Positions 8,273 through 19,355 of a DNA stretch of 64,000 nt are shown in pieces. How positions within the stretch are numbered: the first letter of the stretch is position 1; each line of letters starts with the position of its first letter. Both the position numbers and the translations under genes were made by a program. Source of the stretch: a virus; IMG/VR virus record IMGVR_UViG_3300037148_000025, positions 25,415 through 89,414 of that record. One strand, given 5' to 3'. The notes under the pieces are model-generated. The model was not told the DNA's origin and made no database searches. It worked only from the letters and a program-made list of their open reading frames with translations.

Positions 8273-9622
8273 ATGGCATCAATAGTTCAAATACCTTTTG
8301 TAACTAGCGCAGGCGGGAACTTCACCTTACCACACACTTTAGGTGTAGTTCCCGGTTCCGTTGTTTTTGAGTTAACCAGTGTAGGAAGTGTTTGGTTTCA
8401 GCCCACACGTTTTGACGCAAACAATCTTTATTTGATAGCATCAGGTGCAGGAGTAACAGGTTATGCTATTGTTTATGCCAGCGGAAGTCCATTTCTTTCT
8501 TCATCTGTTTTTGGAAATTCAACAATCCAGCTTCAAGAAGTTGTAGATGATGCATCTACTTTAGGAGATGTAGCCCCCGCCCTTGCGACGGGTGGATTTT
8601 CTATGTCACCAGCATTATCTATTGCCAATGATGTTATGCAGGCAATTATCAATGGTGGAAATGCAGGTCAAGCATATAACTGGAAGTGGAATCGTTATAA
8701 TCTTCCTACATTCCCAGTAAACAGTGTGCAGCAAGACTACTTTATCCCGAATTTGTTTAATATTGGTTGGCTTGAGAGTGCATGGATGGTAGATATTAAC
8801 CAGACATCGGTTCCTAAGCAGAGATTTCCAATTGAGATCGACAGGGACTTGTTGGTAACTAATAACCAAGGTGGATATACGGCCAAGGTTTCGTGGTTGC
8901 CGAACAGTATGTTGATGACAGGAACATGGGGAGCAGCGCCACAAGGACCAACAGCAGGAAATCCAAGCGGTCAGATTACTGTATCCGGTCCCAGTATGAG
9001 CGGGCAGCAGAATCCGGGTCCGGGTGTAATATATACTAATCCTCTTGGAACTTTGCTTACTCCATATAATGCTACGACTGCAATACAAGACCCCAATGGA
9101 AACTTATGGTGTCTTACAACATATGGAATTTGTGGGAGTGTGGAACCAACGTGGCCTGCCAGTCCTACATATCCTACTTTGCGTAATCCAAATTTGCTTT
9201 CAACAACGGTAACCGATGGAGGTTGTGTTTGGACAGCAATTAATCCGGTTGGTCAAGGTATCAGGGTTAGTCCTACCCCTCCTCAGTCTGGGGTAGTATG
9301 GGTAATACAAGTTGTTGGGCAAATGGTTGCCCCCAGATTCACCAATCTTACACAATATTTGAACCCTCTGCCCGATAATTTTGAGTGGGCTTTCAAAAGT
9401 GGGTTTTTCGCACAATGTTATAGACGAAATCCCGATCCCAAAGTTAGAGCCAGATTTGCTCAAGAGCAGCAACTATGGCTGGAGTCCTTAGATAAGGCTG
9501 TTAGACAGGCAGATAGGGAACCGGATGATTTCGGATTTTATCCGGGAAATGTAGGGGTTATGGACACAGGTTTTGGAATCAATCAGATTACACCCTCACT
9601 TCCGTTTGGACCATGGAGTTAG
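8273..9622 (+). CDS. Head-tail adaptor-like virion protein
   Basis: YNWKWNR..QQDY and C-terminal PLPDNF motifs are shared with the next gene, a pattern of adaptor proteins. Confidence 0.55.
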   Translation: MASIVQIPFVTSAGGNFTLPHTLGVVPGSVVFELTSVGSVWFQPTRFDANNLYLIASGAGVTGYAIVYASGSPFLSSSVFGNSTIQLQEVVDDASTLGDVAPALATGGFSMSPALSIANDVMQAIINGGNAGQAYNWKWNRYNLPTFPVNSVQQDYFIPNLFNIGWLESAWMVDINQTSVPKQRFPIEIDRDLLVTNNQGGYTAKVSWLPNSMLMTGTWGAAPQGPTAGNPSGQITVSGPSMSGQQNPGPGVIYTNPLGTLLTPYNATTAIQDPNGNLWCLTTYGICGSVEPTWPASPTYPTLRNPNLLSTTVTDGGCVWTAINPVGQGIRVSPTPPQSGVVWVIQVVGQMVAPRFTNLTQYLNPLPDNFEWAFKSGFFAQCYRRNPDPKVRARFAQEQQLWLESLDKAVRQADREPDDFGFYPGNVGVMDTGFGINQITPSLPFGPWS

Positions 9623-9641
9623 TAATTTAGTATAAAAACTA

Positions 9642-9685
9642 CGGGAGACGTCTTGGCATTTCGCCCGTCTCCCATTTTTATTTTT
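9642..9685 (+). terminator. Rho-independent terminator
   Basis: GGGAGACG...CGTCTCCC followed by ATTTTTATTTTT. Confidence 0.65.
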
Positions 9686-9702
9686 AGTTGCACGGAGAGG
9701 TT

Positions 9703-10629
9703 ATGGCACTGAGTTCTATAAAATTGATACAGACGCTTGAATGGGCAAAACGCTTTATCTCACAGCGTCCTACAGCATTAGGAAATTTCAATGAGCCTGC
9801 TGTTAGCAGTGCTAATACAGTTCTTCAGACCATTGTTAGTCCTCCATTCTCGTGGCCGTGGAACCGTGCAGTAACCGGGTTTGTTTGTGTTCCGGGACAG
9901 CAGGATTATACCCTGTTTAACTGGCAAGTTGCTACTAATGTATCAGCAGGAACTGTTACAGTGGACAGCAACGGTAATTCACAGATTGTGACCACTGGTG
10001 GAGTTACGGGAAGCACTGCTCCAACGTGGAACCCAACCACAGGACAAGTTACGAACGATGGATCAACCGTGGTTTGGATGAATTCTGGTCCAATCGGTTT
10101 GTCCGGGGGGTCTACAACTTATAATTTTGGTTGGATCGAGACGGCATCCATAAAAGCGACTAATCCGAATACTTCAGCCCAAGAGTGGAAGGAGATCGAA
10201 GTTAAGTTGTGTCTTTCCGCTGAATCTGCGAAATCCAGACCACACGATATTTCGGCACAACTATTTGACTCATTGGGGAACGTAACTTTCAGACTTATGC
10301 CTTGCCCAGATCAGGCATACCCAGTGTCCATCACTATTCAGCAGAAGCCAACATTAATCACAAGTCTTAATGGAACATGGGCACCAATTCCAGACTCGTA
10401 TTCCCATATATATAATTGGGGAATGCTGAGTCTTTTATTTTTGTTCACAGACGATCCCCGCGCTCAGATGGCAGAGCAGAAATTTTTAGCACATATTTTG
10501 AGTTCTAGCCAAGGTTTAACTCAGACACAGTTTAATATTTTCCTGTCTCAATGGCAGACGGTCACAGGGTTGCAGCAGACGCTTCCGGCGTCTAACCAGC
10601 AAGGAATTCAAGGGCGAGGGAGTGTATAA
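9703..10629 (+). CDS. Head-tail adaptor-like virion protein (paralogue of 8273..9622)
   Basis: FSWPWNR..GQQDY, P.PDQAY, PIPDSY. RBS GGAGAGG before ATG 9703. Confidence 0.55.
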   Translation: MALSSIKLIQTLEWAKRFISQRPTALGNFNEPAVSSANTVLQTIVSPPFSWPWNRAVTGFVCVPGQQDYTLFNWQVATNVSAGTVTVDSNGNSQIVTTGGVTGSTAPTWNPTTGQVTNDGSTVVWMNSGPIGLSGGSTTYNFGWIETASIKATNPNTSAQEWKEIEVKLCLSAESAKSRPHDISAQLFDSLGNVTFRLMPCPDQAYPVSITIQQKPTLITSLNGTWAPIPDSYSHIYNWGMLSLLFLFTDDPRAQMAEQKFLAHILSSSQGLTQTQFNIFLSQWQTVTGLQQTLPASNQQGIQGRGSV

Positions 10630-10910
10630 TGTCGCAGGCATCTTTAACTGTCAATACGTTCATAACACCTGATGGAAGTCCTGTTTCTAATGGGTTTATT
10701 CTTATTAGGCTGAGCCAAGATGGGTCTGCATCTGGAGAGCAGATTACAACCCAATTTGTTAGTATTCCTTTGGATGTGAATGGAACTATTATTGGAAGCC
10801 CTGTGTTTTGGGTGAATGCATACATTAGTCCTTCGGGAACGTATTATATACAGTCGGTTTATTCTGCCACGGGACAGTGTGTCTCTGGTCCTAATAGAAT
10901 TACGGTTTAA
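10629..10910 (+). CDS. Small virion protein
   Basis: The whole protein is homologous to the C-terminal domain of 11291..12796 (LSQDG, PSGT.Y, GPN). Confidence 0.6.
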   Translation: MSQASLTVNTFITPDGSPVSNGFILIRLSQDGSASGEQITTQFVSIPLDVNGTIIGSPVFWVNAYISPSGTYYIQSVYSATGQCVSGPNRITV

Positions 10911-10926
10911 GATTATTGGAGAGATA

Positions 10927-11274
10927 ATGAACTGGAAAAAATGGTTAGTATCAGTTTGGAGCGAAGCGGACGGGACAGGGAGTAGCTCCCGACTTATAAT
11001 TTCTTTGCTTGTTTTATTTATTATAACTGTAGGTGTTGGTTTTACCATAGCAGTTCACAAGCACTCCCTAGCAATGAATGATTTTAACAGTTTTCTTGTC
11101 ACTTCTGGGGCTTTTATTGTGACTACTTGTACTCCCTTGTATGCAGTAAATAAGGGAGCAGCAGTCATGAAGGGAAAAACGGATGCAGCGGCCAGCGTAG
11201 CAGCCAATACTTCTAGTGTTCCGGAAGTAAGTGTAATTGCCTCTGGTAATTCCCCTAGTGTGGATGTCAAGTAG
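10927..11274 (+). CDS. Membrane protein, holin-like
   Basis: SSSR motif followed by two hydrophobic helices. RBS GGAGAG. Confidence 0.55.
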   Translation: MNWKKWLVSVWSEADGTGSSSRLIISLLVLFIITVGVGFTIAVHKHSLAMNDFNSFLVTSGAFIVTTCTPLYAVNKGAAVMKGKTDAAASVAANTSSVPEVSVIASGNSPSVDVK

Positions 11275-11290
11275 TTAAAAGGATGTAATT

Positions 11291-12796
11291 ATGTCATTTG
11301 GAATTGTCAAGACGATATTGGTTACCGATCCATCAAATAATGGACCCACTCCTGTTGTATTCGATTTGTCTGGGAATGCGTGGACTAGCGTAGATACAGT
11401 TGATCCATCGGGGGTTGTGCAGGAGTATTCAAATATAGGAAACTTATTGAATACCTACACAATTGACACCGTACCATGGGCAGTTGATTTGAACGGATAT
11501 TTATGGGGAACCGGGCCCGGAGATGCAGTAACAAAATTTACTACAGCGGGTTCCGTTATTGGCACATATTCTGTGGGATCAAATCCATCTCAGTTAGCCA
11601 TTGATTCTTCTAATAATGTGTGGGTGTCGTGTCCGGGAAATCATTTAATCACCGGGGTGGTTACAAAACTATCGAATAGCGGCGTGCTGCTTGGAACCTA
11701 TAATACTGGAAATTGGCCGGGAGGAATCGCCATTGATTCATACCAGAATGTATGGGTTGCCGATTGGACAGATGCACGTCTTCTAAAATTCTCTAATTCA
11801 GGAGTATTGATTGGAACGTATGGTGCTGATTGGGGCGGGGCAGCCTCTAGATTTATTACCATTGCACCAGATGACACTATTTGGTGTACGCAGGATGAAA
11901 ATTATTATGTTAAACATGTTGCAAACGATGGCAGTTTAATTGGCGCTTATTCTATAAATACTGGGGATGGAGTTAAGTTAGATTCTTCCGGAAATGTTTG
12001 GTTTGCATCAAATGGTAGTGGTACGACTAATGTATTTGAGTTATCCAGTTCTGGTGTAGTTATTAATGCATATATTGCGAATTTTATCTCGTCCGGACTT
12101 TCAATTGATTCATCTGGGAATATATGGGTGACTAGTCATTCCGAGGGAGGTTCTACTGTAAATGCAATAACTATTTTAGGGAACAATGGAAACCCTGTAC
12201 TAACTAGCGTAAGTCCTTCTTTTGTGGAAGAAGGAAGCGGAAACACGGTTATTACATTAAGTGGCTCAGGTTTTGTTTCTAACTCTACTGCTTATTTTAA
12301 TTCTACAGCACTGGTTACTACTTTTGTTAGTTCTATCGAACTTACTGCCACGATTCCATCTAGTCTTCTGGTATCCGTGTCCAGCAGTTTGATTTCTGTA
12401 TCTCAGTTGTCGGGAACGAGTAATACAGAACCCTTTACAGTTATTTCAGATCAAGCCAATCAGGTAGTTGGTGGAAATTTTGTAGACTCAGAAGGTAACC
12501 CTTTAGAAAATGGTTTTTTGTTATTTGAATTATCCCAAGATGGAATTGTAAACACATCAACAAGAGTATGTTCTAACTATACTGTACAGATTTCTCTTAA
12601 TTCTTCGGGAAGCATTTCGTCTATCCCGTCATATTTCTTATTTCCTAATGATACTATTACACCATCTGGAACGTTTTATATAGTATCTGCATTTACAGCA
12701 GAAGGGCAAAAAGTCTGGGGTCCGAATGTCCAGAATATATTATCCACACCCTCACCATTCAACGTATCTGCATGGGTTCCTGGACAACTTAATTAG
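11291..12796 (+). CDS. NHL/Vgb-like beta-propeller plus IPT/TIG domain virion protein
   Basis: Repeated (I)D..(G/N)NVW units, and PVLTSVSP...ITLSGSGF...LTATIP (IPT/TIG). Confidence 0.75.
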   Translation: MSFGIVKTILVTDPSNNGPTPVVFDLSGNAWTSVDTVDPSGVVQEYSNIGNLLNTYTIDTVPWAVDLNGYLWGTGPGDAVTKFTTAGSVIGTYSVGSNPSQLAIDSSNNVWVSCPGNHLITGVVTKLSNSGVLLGTYNTGNWPGGIAIDSYQNVWVADWTDARLLKFSNSGVLIGTYGADWGGAASRFITIAPDDTIWCTQDENYYVKHVANDGSLIGAYSINTGDGVKLDSSGNVWFASNGSGTTNVFELSSSGVVINAYIANFISSGLSIDSSGNIWVTSHSEGGSTVNAITILGNNGNPVLTSVSPSFVEEGSGNTVITLSGSGFVSNSTAYFNSTALVTTFVSSIELTATIPSSLLVSVSSSLISVSQLSGTSNTEPFTVISDQANQVVGGNFVDSEGNPLENGFLLFELSQDGIVNTSTRVCSNYTVQISLNSSGSISSIPSYFLFPNDTITPSGTFYIVSAFTAEGQKVWGPNVQNILSTPSPFNVSAWVPGQLN

Positions 12797-12806
12797 GAGA
12801 ATTTAA

Positions 12807-15800
12807 ATGGGTAACAATCTTCAACTAGCTGGAGCGCAAAGTCAGACACAGGTTAAATATAGTCCCCTGTTCGTTTCTCGTTTTTTTAGTGGTATCTGGA
12901 CCAATCGTTCTCCTTTACGTGATGCCACTACTACGCGTTTGATCGAGCATTTTTATGGTCAAGCAGGAGATGCGCTTATTTCTGGTCTTAACGTTGAGAT
13001 TACAAATAAGCTAACCCTAGCCCGTAGACCCGGAACATCTCCGTTGGACAGCAATAGCTATGATTCTCCAGACCGTTTCTATGAGTTTCGTCTTTTTGAT
13101 ACTTCTACAGAGCAAATTAATCTAATGATTGATCAAGCCAATGCTCTGTATTCTTTATACAAAGGAGGAGGGAGTTCTTCATATCCTACATACAATGGGG
13201 TAAAGAGGCTTGTGTTTACCAAGAGTGCAGGGGCAGGACAATCCTATATGCAGTCGGTTGGAAATAGCCTGTATTGGGGAGATGGAGTTGACAACCAGAA
13301 GTGGCTTGAGAGTCTTGTGGTTTGGTCAGATGGTGCCCAATGGAACAGTAGTTCATACCCATATTATACTACTTTTCTGATCGATCCTAATGGAAATGTT
13401 CAACAGTTAGTTCCGATTGCAATTCCGGTTACAGACGTTGCCATTTCCGCAAACGTTCTGACAATCACATCTTCAGCAACACTAACTAGTTTTCTGTCTA
13501 CAGGGATGTATGTATCGTTTCCTGAGAATATGAATGCTACATTTTTAAATAACCAGACCGTTTTGCTTACTGGAGTTACTACCAATACATTTACAGCAAG
13601 TTTCACCAATGTTGATTATGTTGGGACAGAGACTGATATTGATGCCATGCAAGCCTATGGTGGAGTTAATCCGGCATCGGGGTCTACAGTTCCAACGTGG
13701 AGCACTGTTGTTCCATCTAGTTCTAACAATTTTGCCGGTGGAGTAACTTTAGATGGACAGGTTAAGTGGGTTAATCGTGGAAGTGCTGTAAAGAATTGGG
13801 GAATTGCTCCTCCTACTTCTCAGCCTCTTTTTGATCTTGGTGCATCATCTGTTTCGTGGGGAGCGGGCGTTTTCTACTCATTAGTTAGTGTGGTGGTGGA
13901 TTCAAACGGAAATTTGCAGCAGGTTACTACGCCGGGTCTAAGCGGTAGCTCTCAGCCAACTTGGGCAACTACTATTGGTCTTACGACGTCAGATGGTCAA
14001 GTTACGTGGACCATGATTCAAACTGTTGCTTTAGGTGTTCCTAAATCTCTTACTTGGGAACCAAATACAGAGTATACCCAGAGTACTACATTGAATTTGA
14101 CTTCTATTGCGGTTGCAGTAGGTGGAAGTACAGTATACTCCGGTGCGATTACGGGCGGAGCGGATAATGCATTTGTTACCACTCCTCCGACGATGTTTGT
14201 TATTACAGGGGCTATTGATGTTGTAAATAATGGGGTATTTCCTTGTACAGCATCTACTACCACATCTATTACATTAACAAATCCAAATGGAGTGTCTGAA
14301 ACCAGTTCGTCGATTGTGGCAACCATCCAAGGCTCTTTCGTTATTGGCAGTACCTATGGAACAACCGGTAACATCAATTGTCTGTTTATGTTGGGTCAAA
14401 ATACTCAACCAAGTCTTATTGGCAGTGTGAAAGCATATTTATATGCAGGTGTTCATTCTGGAAGTGGCGTTGGACGGTTTACGCTTACACATCCAACAAG
14501 TACATCTAGTGCTCTTGCCAGCACTCTAACTCAAAATAGTTTAGATTTTGCCGGTGCTCCTGAAAGTGGCAGTATGTTTAGTTGGGATAACTTATTTGAT
14601 GATTTCAGTACTTCAGGTGGTGGGGCCAATTTAACATGGGATACTGTTAATGCAGCCGGTGAGGTAGTTAGCTTCAACACCCCATTCTCTAATTTTATTA
14701 ACACCTATGAGTTGATTATTCTTGCAACATTGAATGTTCCAGTAGCCGGTACTTATACTTTTTCCATCAGTCACTACGATGGTATGATATGGGGAATTGG
14801 AAATGGGGCTACATCGACCGGGGGTTCAGGTTATCCTAATAATCAAGGACAGGTTGTTACAGCAGCAGAAGGATACCCTAATTTTGGGGGAACCAACGGA
14901 GGTACTCCGGGTGGAGGAACTTATGACCCGGTTACAAACACATTCTCAGGTTCTGTTGGAGTTACCGATACGTTTCAAGTAACGTTTCCTGCTCCCGGAA
15001 ATTATCCAGTAGAAGTTGATTATAGCTATTGGTATCATGACGGAATGCAGTTAAACGTTATGTGTAATGGCGACATTTTAGCCAATACAAGTGGAGGTTC
15101 TGGAAATCCTACAAGCGGAACAAGCGAACCAATTTGGCCTTCTTGGACAGTATCAAATGCTCCTTTGTATCCCACGGTTACAGAGTCTAGCGGACAGTTA
15201 ACTTGGTATAATCTCGGCCCTGTGACGGATTTTTCATGGGCAGCAAATACAACATTTACATTACCAGATACTACAATTGTAGACCCTAATGGCTATGAGG
15301 AAGCACCATATAGAACTGGTGTTACTGGGGCAATTGCTCCCACATTCTCTACCGGCGCAAACTCGCTTACCTATGATAATCCAAATCTAATTTGGATAAA
15401 TGAGGGTATTGCTGCAACGGTTAAAACTGGAACGTTGAGTACATTTAATGGCGGTTGGACATATTGGGTAGCATTGGTCGATACATTAGATGATACTGTG
15501 TCTAACTGTAGTCCAGCATCTCAGGTAACAGGTAACTTTATCGGTATTAATGGGGTATTTTTGGAACCGGGAAGCGGTTTGCCGGATAAAGCTGTTATAG
15601 ACCCGCAGTCAGATTATGTAGCCATTTTTAGAAGCACAGACGGTCAGTCTGTTCCTCTTTTGATACCGGGCCAGCTTTCTGATTGGACTGTACCATTAAG
15701 TGTATATCTTACTGATGGGTATACCGATAAAACGCTGGATGTAGGCTTGAATAACGAGATATTGGGTGCGATTGATGGAGAGAATACTCCTCCGGGCGCT

Positions 15801-16871
15801 GGAGCAATCAATTTAACTTATCATCTTGATAGAATTTGGTACAGCATTGGAAATGTGGTTTATTGGACGACCGGTCCTGCCACTCCATGCGGAAATGGTA
15901 TAAATGGAACAGCACCATTAAACTTTTCATCTATGCCGTCTCTAGTAAAACGAATTGTTCCTACAGCATCTGGGGCATTTATTTTTACCGTTTCAGACAT
16001 CTATATTATTCAAGGGAACGGAACAGCGCAAAGTCCGATTCAGGGAGCACTTCCTATGGCTCCGGGGGTGGGATTGCTTAGTTATAATGCTTTAGATTTA
16101 CGCGGAACATTAATAGGGTTTTTTACAACAGACAATCAATTTGTTATTTTGAATCCCGAGAATGGTATAAGTTCTGCAAGTTTGCCGATTGGAGATCAGT
16201 TTCGGTTAACGAATGGAAATCCCGGACAGAACTGGAATCCTGCTAATGTATATGTAGCATGGCACGTTGAAGGGGAAGATCAGGCGTGGTATGTGGGAGA
16301 TGGTGCAACAGGTTGGTATAAATTGATGGATACACCGGCTCCTGAAAGCGGAAACACATGGTCGCCTTATTCTATTATCACAGGAGGAGCGGGAGCTATC
16401 CAAAGCGTTGAAGTGACTCCGGGAGTTCATCGTCTTTTAGTTGGACCTACCGGTACAGGAAGTATCACACAGAGAGATTTAACGGTATATTCCGATAGTG
16501 GCACATCATACCCTGCATATGCTACTATTGGTTCAGTGGTATTGGCCCAACCGGGTCAGATTGCTGAAGTAGCTTTTATTACAACAGAGTCTATAAAGGT
16601 TGGTTCTCCTCTTGTGATTGGACTTCTTGTAGACGAGTGTTTACCTTATTATACAGGACCAATTGATATTCTGAAGGTATGGGTAAACGATCCTCCAAAC
16701 TTAAAACCAAGTAGTTCTTTGTACAGTCAGCGTTTCTATTTGTCCGAGTTAAAAGATGAGACGGCGGCGATGCGCCATTGCCAGTTGCAAATCATATTTT
16801 CTCCGTATGATACAGTGGCCAATGAGTTGCTTTCAACAACCATTTTTGGCACTTTTTCGCAAGAATTATAA
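12807..16871 (+). CDS. Large tail nozzle/stabilisation protein with inserted carbohydrate-binding-like domains
   Basis: N-terminal NVEI...L.RRPG like P22 gp10/T7 gp12-type nozzles. PA14/GLEYA-like segment (VPVAGTYTF...DG...GNYPVEVDY) and repeated PTW...DG.V.W units. Confidence 0.6.
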   Translation: MGNNLQLAGAQSQTQVKYSPLFVSRFFSGIWTNRSPLRDATTTRLIEHFYGQAGDALISGLNVEITNKLTLARRPGTSPLDSNSYDSPDRFYEFRLFDTSTEQINLMIDQANALYSLYKGGGSSSYPTYNGVKRLVFTKSAGAGQSYMQSVGNSLYWGDGVDNQKWLESLVVWSDGAQWNSSSYPYYTTFLIDPNGNVQQLVPIAIPVTDVAISANVLTITSSATLTSFLSTGMYVSFPENMNATFLNNQTVLLTGVTTNTFTASFTNVDYVGTETDIDAMQAYGGVNPASGSTVPTWSTVVPSSSNNFAGGVTLDGQVKWVNRGSAVKNWGIAPPTSQPLFDLGASSVSWGAGVFYSLVSVVVDSNGNLQQVTTPGLSGSSQPTWATTIGLTTSDGQVTWTMIQTVALGVPKSLTWEPNTEYTQSTTLNLTSIAVAVGGSTVYSGAITGGADNAFVTTPPTMFVITGAIDVVNNGVFPCTASTTTSITLTNPNGVSETSSSIVATIQGSFVIGSTYGTTGNINCLFMLGQNTQPSLIGSVKAYLYAGVHSGSGVGRFTLTHPTSTSSALASTLTQNSLDFAGAPESGSMFSWDNLFDDFSTSGGGANLTWDTVNAAGEVVSFNTPFSNFINTYELIILATLNVPVAGTYTFSISHYDGMIWGIGNGATSTGGSGYPNNQGQVVTAAEGYPNFGGTNGGTPGGGTYDPVTNTFSGSVGVTDTFQVTFPAPGNYPVEVDYSYWYHDGMQLNVMCNGDILANTSGGSGNPTSGTSEPIWPSWTVSNAPLYPTVTESSGQLTWYNLGPVTDFSWAANTTFTLPDTTIVDPNGYEEAPYRTGVTGAIAPTFSTGANSLTYDNPNLIWINEGIAATVKTGTLSTFNGGWTYWVALVDTLDDTVSNCSPASQVTGNFIGINGVFLEPGSGLPDKAVIDPQSDYVAIFRSTDGQSVPLLIPGQLSDWTVPLSVYLTDGYTDKTLDVGLNNEILGAIDGENTPPGAGAINLTYHLDRIWYSIGNVVYWTTGPATPCGNGINGTAPLNFSSMPSLVKRIVPTASGAFIFTVSDIYIIQGNGTAQSPIQGALPMAPGVGLLSYNALDLRGTLIGFFTTDNQFVILNPENGISSASLPIGDQFRLTNGNPGQNWNPANVYVAWHVEGEDQAWYVGDGATGWYKLMDTPAPESGNTWSPYSIITGGAGAIQSVEVTPGVHRLLVGPTGTGSITQRDLTVYSDSGTSYPAYATIGSVVLAQPGQIAEVAFITTESIKVGSPLVIGLLVDECLPYYTGPIDILKVWVNDPPNLKPSSSLYSQRFYLSELKDETAAMRHCQLQIIFSPYDTVANELLSTTIFGTFSQEL

Positions 16872-16884
16872 TAGGGGTATATAA

Positions 16885-17622
16885 ATGCCAACATTACAGG
16901 AATCTAGCACTAAAAATTTAGATATGAGTAATTATACCCCAGTTACCAATGAGGCTTCTCCTTCTATGGGTATACCGGCTCCATCTGTAAGCGTGGAGCC
17001 GGGAATAAACCCTTTTATGAGATGCCCGTTGCCTTCTCTTGGTCAAACTGACCCTGATTCTCAGAGGCAGTTTTATAAAGGAAGTTCTACTTCACAGACT
17101 AGATTTTTTACTCCTCCTGCACCAGTAAGTGGAAGTGGTACATATGTTACTAACAACTATTCGAATATTTCGAATAGTTCGAGTGGTTCAGGTGGGGGAA
17201 GTTCTAGTGGGGGAAGCGGAGGCAGCATAACGGGAATTACTGTAACACAGGCATCCCTTGTTGCAGCTAGTCTTGGACCCGGAGGTAAGTTTTCTGGGTC
17301 TATTACACTCAGTAAGTCATTCCAGCTTTTAGGATTGACCGCAAGTGCTCCTTGTCGTATTCAAATATATGGTTCACGGGTCGCTCAGCTTGGGGATTTA
17401 TATAGAGGTCTAGATGTTACTCCACCAGCAGGCTCTACTCAGAACATTATCACTGATGTGGTATTAGATACCTCTCCTTATACTTGGACATTTCAGGATC
17501 GTATGGGCTCTAATGGGGAGTCTCCTGTGACTGCAAGGGTATATGTTACTATCACAAATTTAGATATAACTACCGACAATATTACAGTGGGTATTTCATA
17601 CGTTCCATTGGCAACTAGTTAA
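16885..17622 (+). CDS. Virion protein
   Basis: Gly/Ser linker and beta-rich C-terminus, in the tail module. Confidence 0.6.
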   Translation: MPTLQESSTKNLDMSNYTPVTNEASPSMGIPAPSVSVEPGINPFMRCPLPSLGQTDPDSQRQFYKGSSTSQTRFFTPPAPVSGSGTYVTNNYSNISNSSSGSGGGSSSGGSGGSITGITVTQASLVAASLGPGGKFSGSITLSKSFQLLGLTASAPCRIQIYGSRVAQLGDLYRGLDVTPPAGSTQNIITDVVLDTSPYTWTFQDRMGSNGESPVTARVYVTITNLDITTDNITVGISYVPLATS

Positions 17623-17631
17623 GGAGAATTT

Positions 17632-17910
17632 ATGAACCGCGAATGTATAAGTCCGGGTGGAGGAGTATACCCAATCACAGGTGATGCGACTTCAACGGCA
17701 GGTTCTCCTATAGTGAGAGTTGTTGGATTACAGGGAACTCCTGTTGCGAATGCGGGGTTATACTCAGGGCAAGTATTACAATATAGTGCGGACGAAAATT
17801 CATGGGTTCCTGTTTTGGAGGCGCAGATTTTATGCAATGGTGTTGCAATCTCGGATGACCCTAATATTAGTGTGAATGTAGTGAAGCCTGTTCTAGTAAA
17901 TGGAGTTTAA
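17632..17910 (+). CDS. Small fibre-like protein
   Basis: GD.T...P.V.GLQG.PV...GQVL.Y...W.P fibre-shaft motif. AAGGAG RBS. Confidence 0.6.
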   Translation: MNRECISPGGGVYPITGDATSTAGSPIVRVVGLQGTPVANAGLYSGQVLQYSADENSWVPVLEAQILCNGVAISDDPNISVNVVKPVLVNGV

Positions 17911-17912
17911 GT

Positions 17913-18554
17913 ATGTCTATAAATTTGAATAATAATCTTCCTGCTCCCCCAACTGGAGGAACAAATGTAAATTTTCAGGAAGATGGCAGTGGAAATGTCA
18001 GTGCATATGTTGGTCTTGCTTCAAACAAGATTATAACTGCTCCGGTTGTGAAGTCATATGTGCTGTCGGCTGCTGCGACTGCGGCAGGAGGCTCTACGGT
18101 TTATACAGGGACAATTGTTGTTCCTGTAAACAGTTTAGTAGGATTGCTTTTCACAGTTTCCGGTTTCGTAGCCACTCCTGCAAATAACGGTACGTTTCTT
18201 TGCACCGCGAATAATGGGACCACCACAATTACCCTTGCAAATACGGCGGGGGTTTTTGAGGTTCAGGCAGCGGCGGCGATTTCCGGCTCTCTTATCCTTG
18301 ATTGTAGCCTTGGCAACAGCTTCTTTGTTAACGTGACTGCACCTATAACAAGCATGAGTATAACCAACCCGACAGATGGGCAGGAGATTACGATACTCTG
18401 GCAGCAAGATGTTACCGGACACGCTGTAGCAGTTGCTGGTAACCTATTAGGGACATTTAGTGTCACACTCACGGCAAACAAACATAGTTGTTATAAGTGG
18501 ACGTACAATTTAGCGGATACTAATTGGTATTTAATTAATTCTAATAATATGTAA
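17913..18554 (+). CDS. Tail/fibre-associated protein
   Basis: Contains the same VYTGT..NNGTFLC module as 5301..6287, and C-terminal NPTDGQ.I.I...QD.TG. Confidence 0.6.
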   Translation: MSINLNNNLPAPPTGGTNVNFQEDGSGNVSAYVGLASNKIITAPVVKSYVLSAAATAAGGSTVYTGTIVVPVNSLVGLLFTVSGFVATPANNGTFLCTANNGTTTITLANTAGVFEVQAAAAISGSLILDCSLGNSFFVNVTAPITSMSITNPTDGQEITILWQQDVTGHAVAVAGNLLGTFSVTLTANKHSCYKWTYNLADTNWYLINSNNM

Positions 18555-18565
18555 GGAGAAAAAAA

Positions 18566-19315
18566 ATGTCATTTGATAAGATTTTTTATGGACCGCCTAA
18601 TAGTGGTGCTCATGGTATTGGAGCATTAGGAGTAGATATTTCTAGCAAATCGTTGTATGTCTCAACAAGAAACGGTTGGGAACTGGCTGCTTCTGCAAAT
18701 CCACCAATAGCGACTGATTCCGCATTAGGTGTGGTAGAGCCTGATGGGACAACAATTACAGTTACAAGCGGTGGAGTGATTTCAGCCGTTGGCGGCGGGG
18801 GTAGCGGAGCATTGACACAGATCGGGAAGGTTGTGGTTGGTTCTCCTGTCCCAAGTATTGCTTTCAATGCTATACCGGGAAGCTATACTAACCTGCAACT
18901 TATTATCAACGGACAGAGCAGTTCTAACGTCGGTTCACAGGATGATGTTCATGCAACTTTCAATTCCGATAGCAGTGCTGATTATGATATGACATTTCTT
19001 GTGGGCAATGGTAGTTCTGCGGTAAGTTCACAGCTAACTGCTCAAGATTATTTTATTGTTGCTACACTTAATAATGTGGCAACAACAGGAAAAGCGGGGT
19101 GTGTAAACTGCTTAATTTTGTCGTATACAGGGACAGCATTCTACAAAGAGATAATGTGCAATCAGCATTTTTGGAATGCGGGCTCATTTTTGCAACCAAT
19201 GCTAGTTTCTGCGGATTGGAACAGCACGGATGCAATCACCAGTATTTCACTTGTGCTAAATAGCGGTAGCAATTTTGTGGCAGGAACGACAGCGACTCTT
19301 TATGGGATGCAGTAA
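18566..19315 (+). CDS. Tail fibre/receptor-binding-like protein
   Basis: PIAT..ALGVV.PDGTTI shaft repeat and C-terminal AITSISL...F.AGT.ATLYG domain. Confidence 0.65.
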   Translation: MSFDKIFYGPPNSGAHGIGALGVDISSKSLYVSTRNGWELAASANPPIATDSALGVVEPDGTTITVTSGGVISAVGGGGSGALTQIGKVVVGSPVPSIAFNAIPGSYTNLQLIINGQSSSNVGSQDDVHATFNSDSSADYDMTFLVGNGSSAVSSQLTAQDYFIVATLNNVATTGKAGCVNCLILSYTGTAFYKEIMCNQHFWNAGSFLQPMLVSADWNSTDAITSISLVLNSGSNFVAGTTATLYGMQ

Positions 19316-19355
19316 TAATTTTTCAGGATTTCACAGGTAGACCGGGGATTGTAAA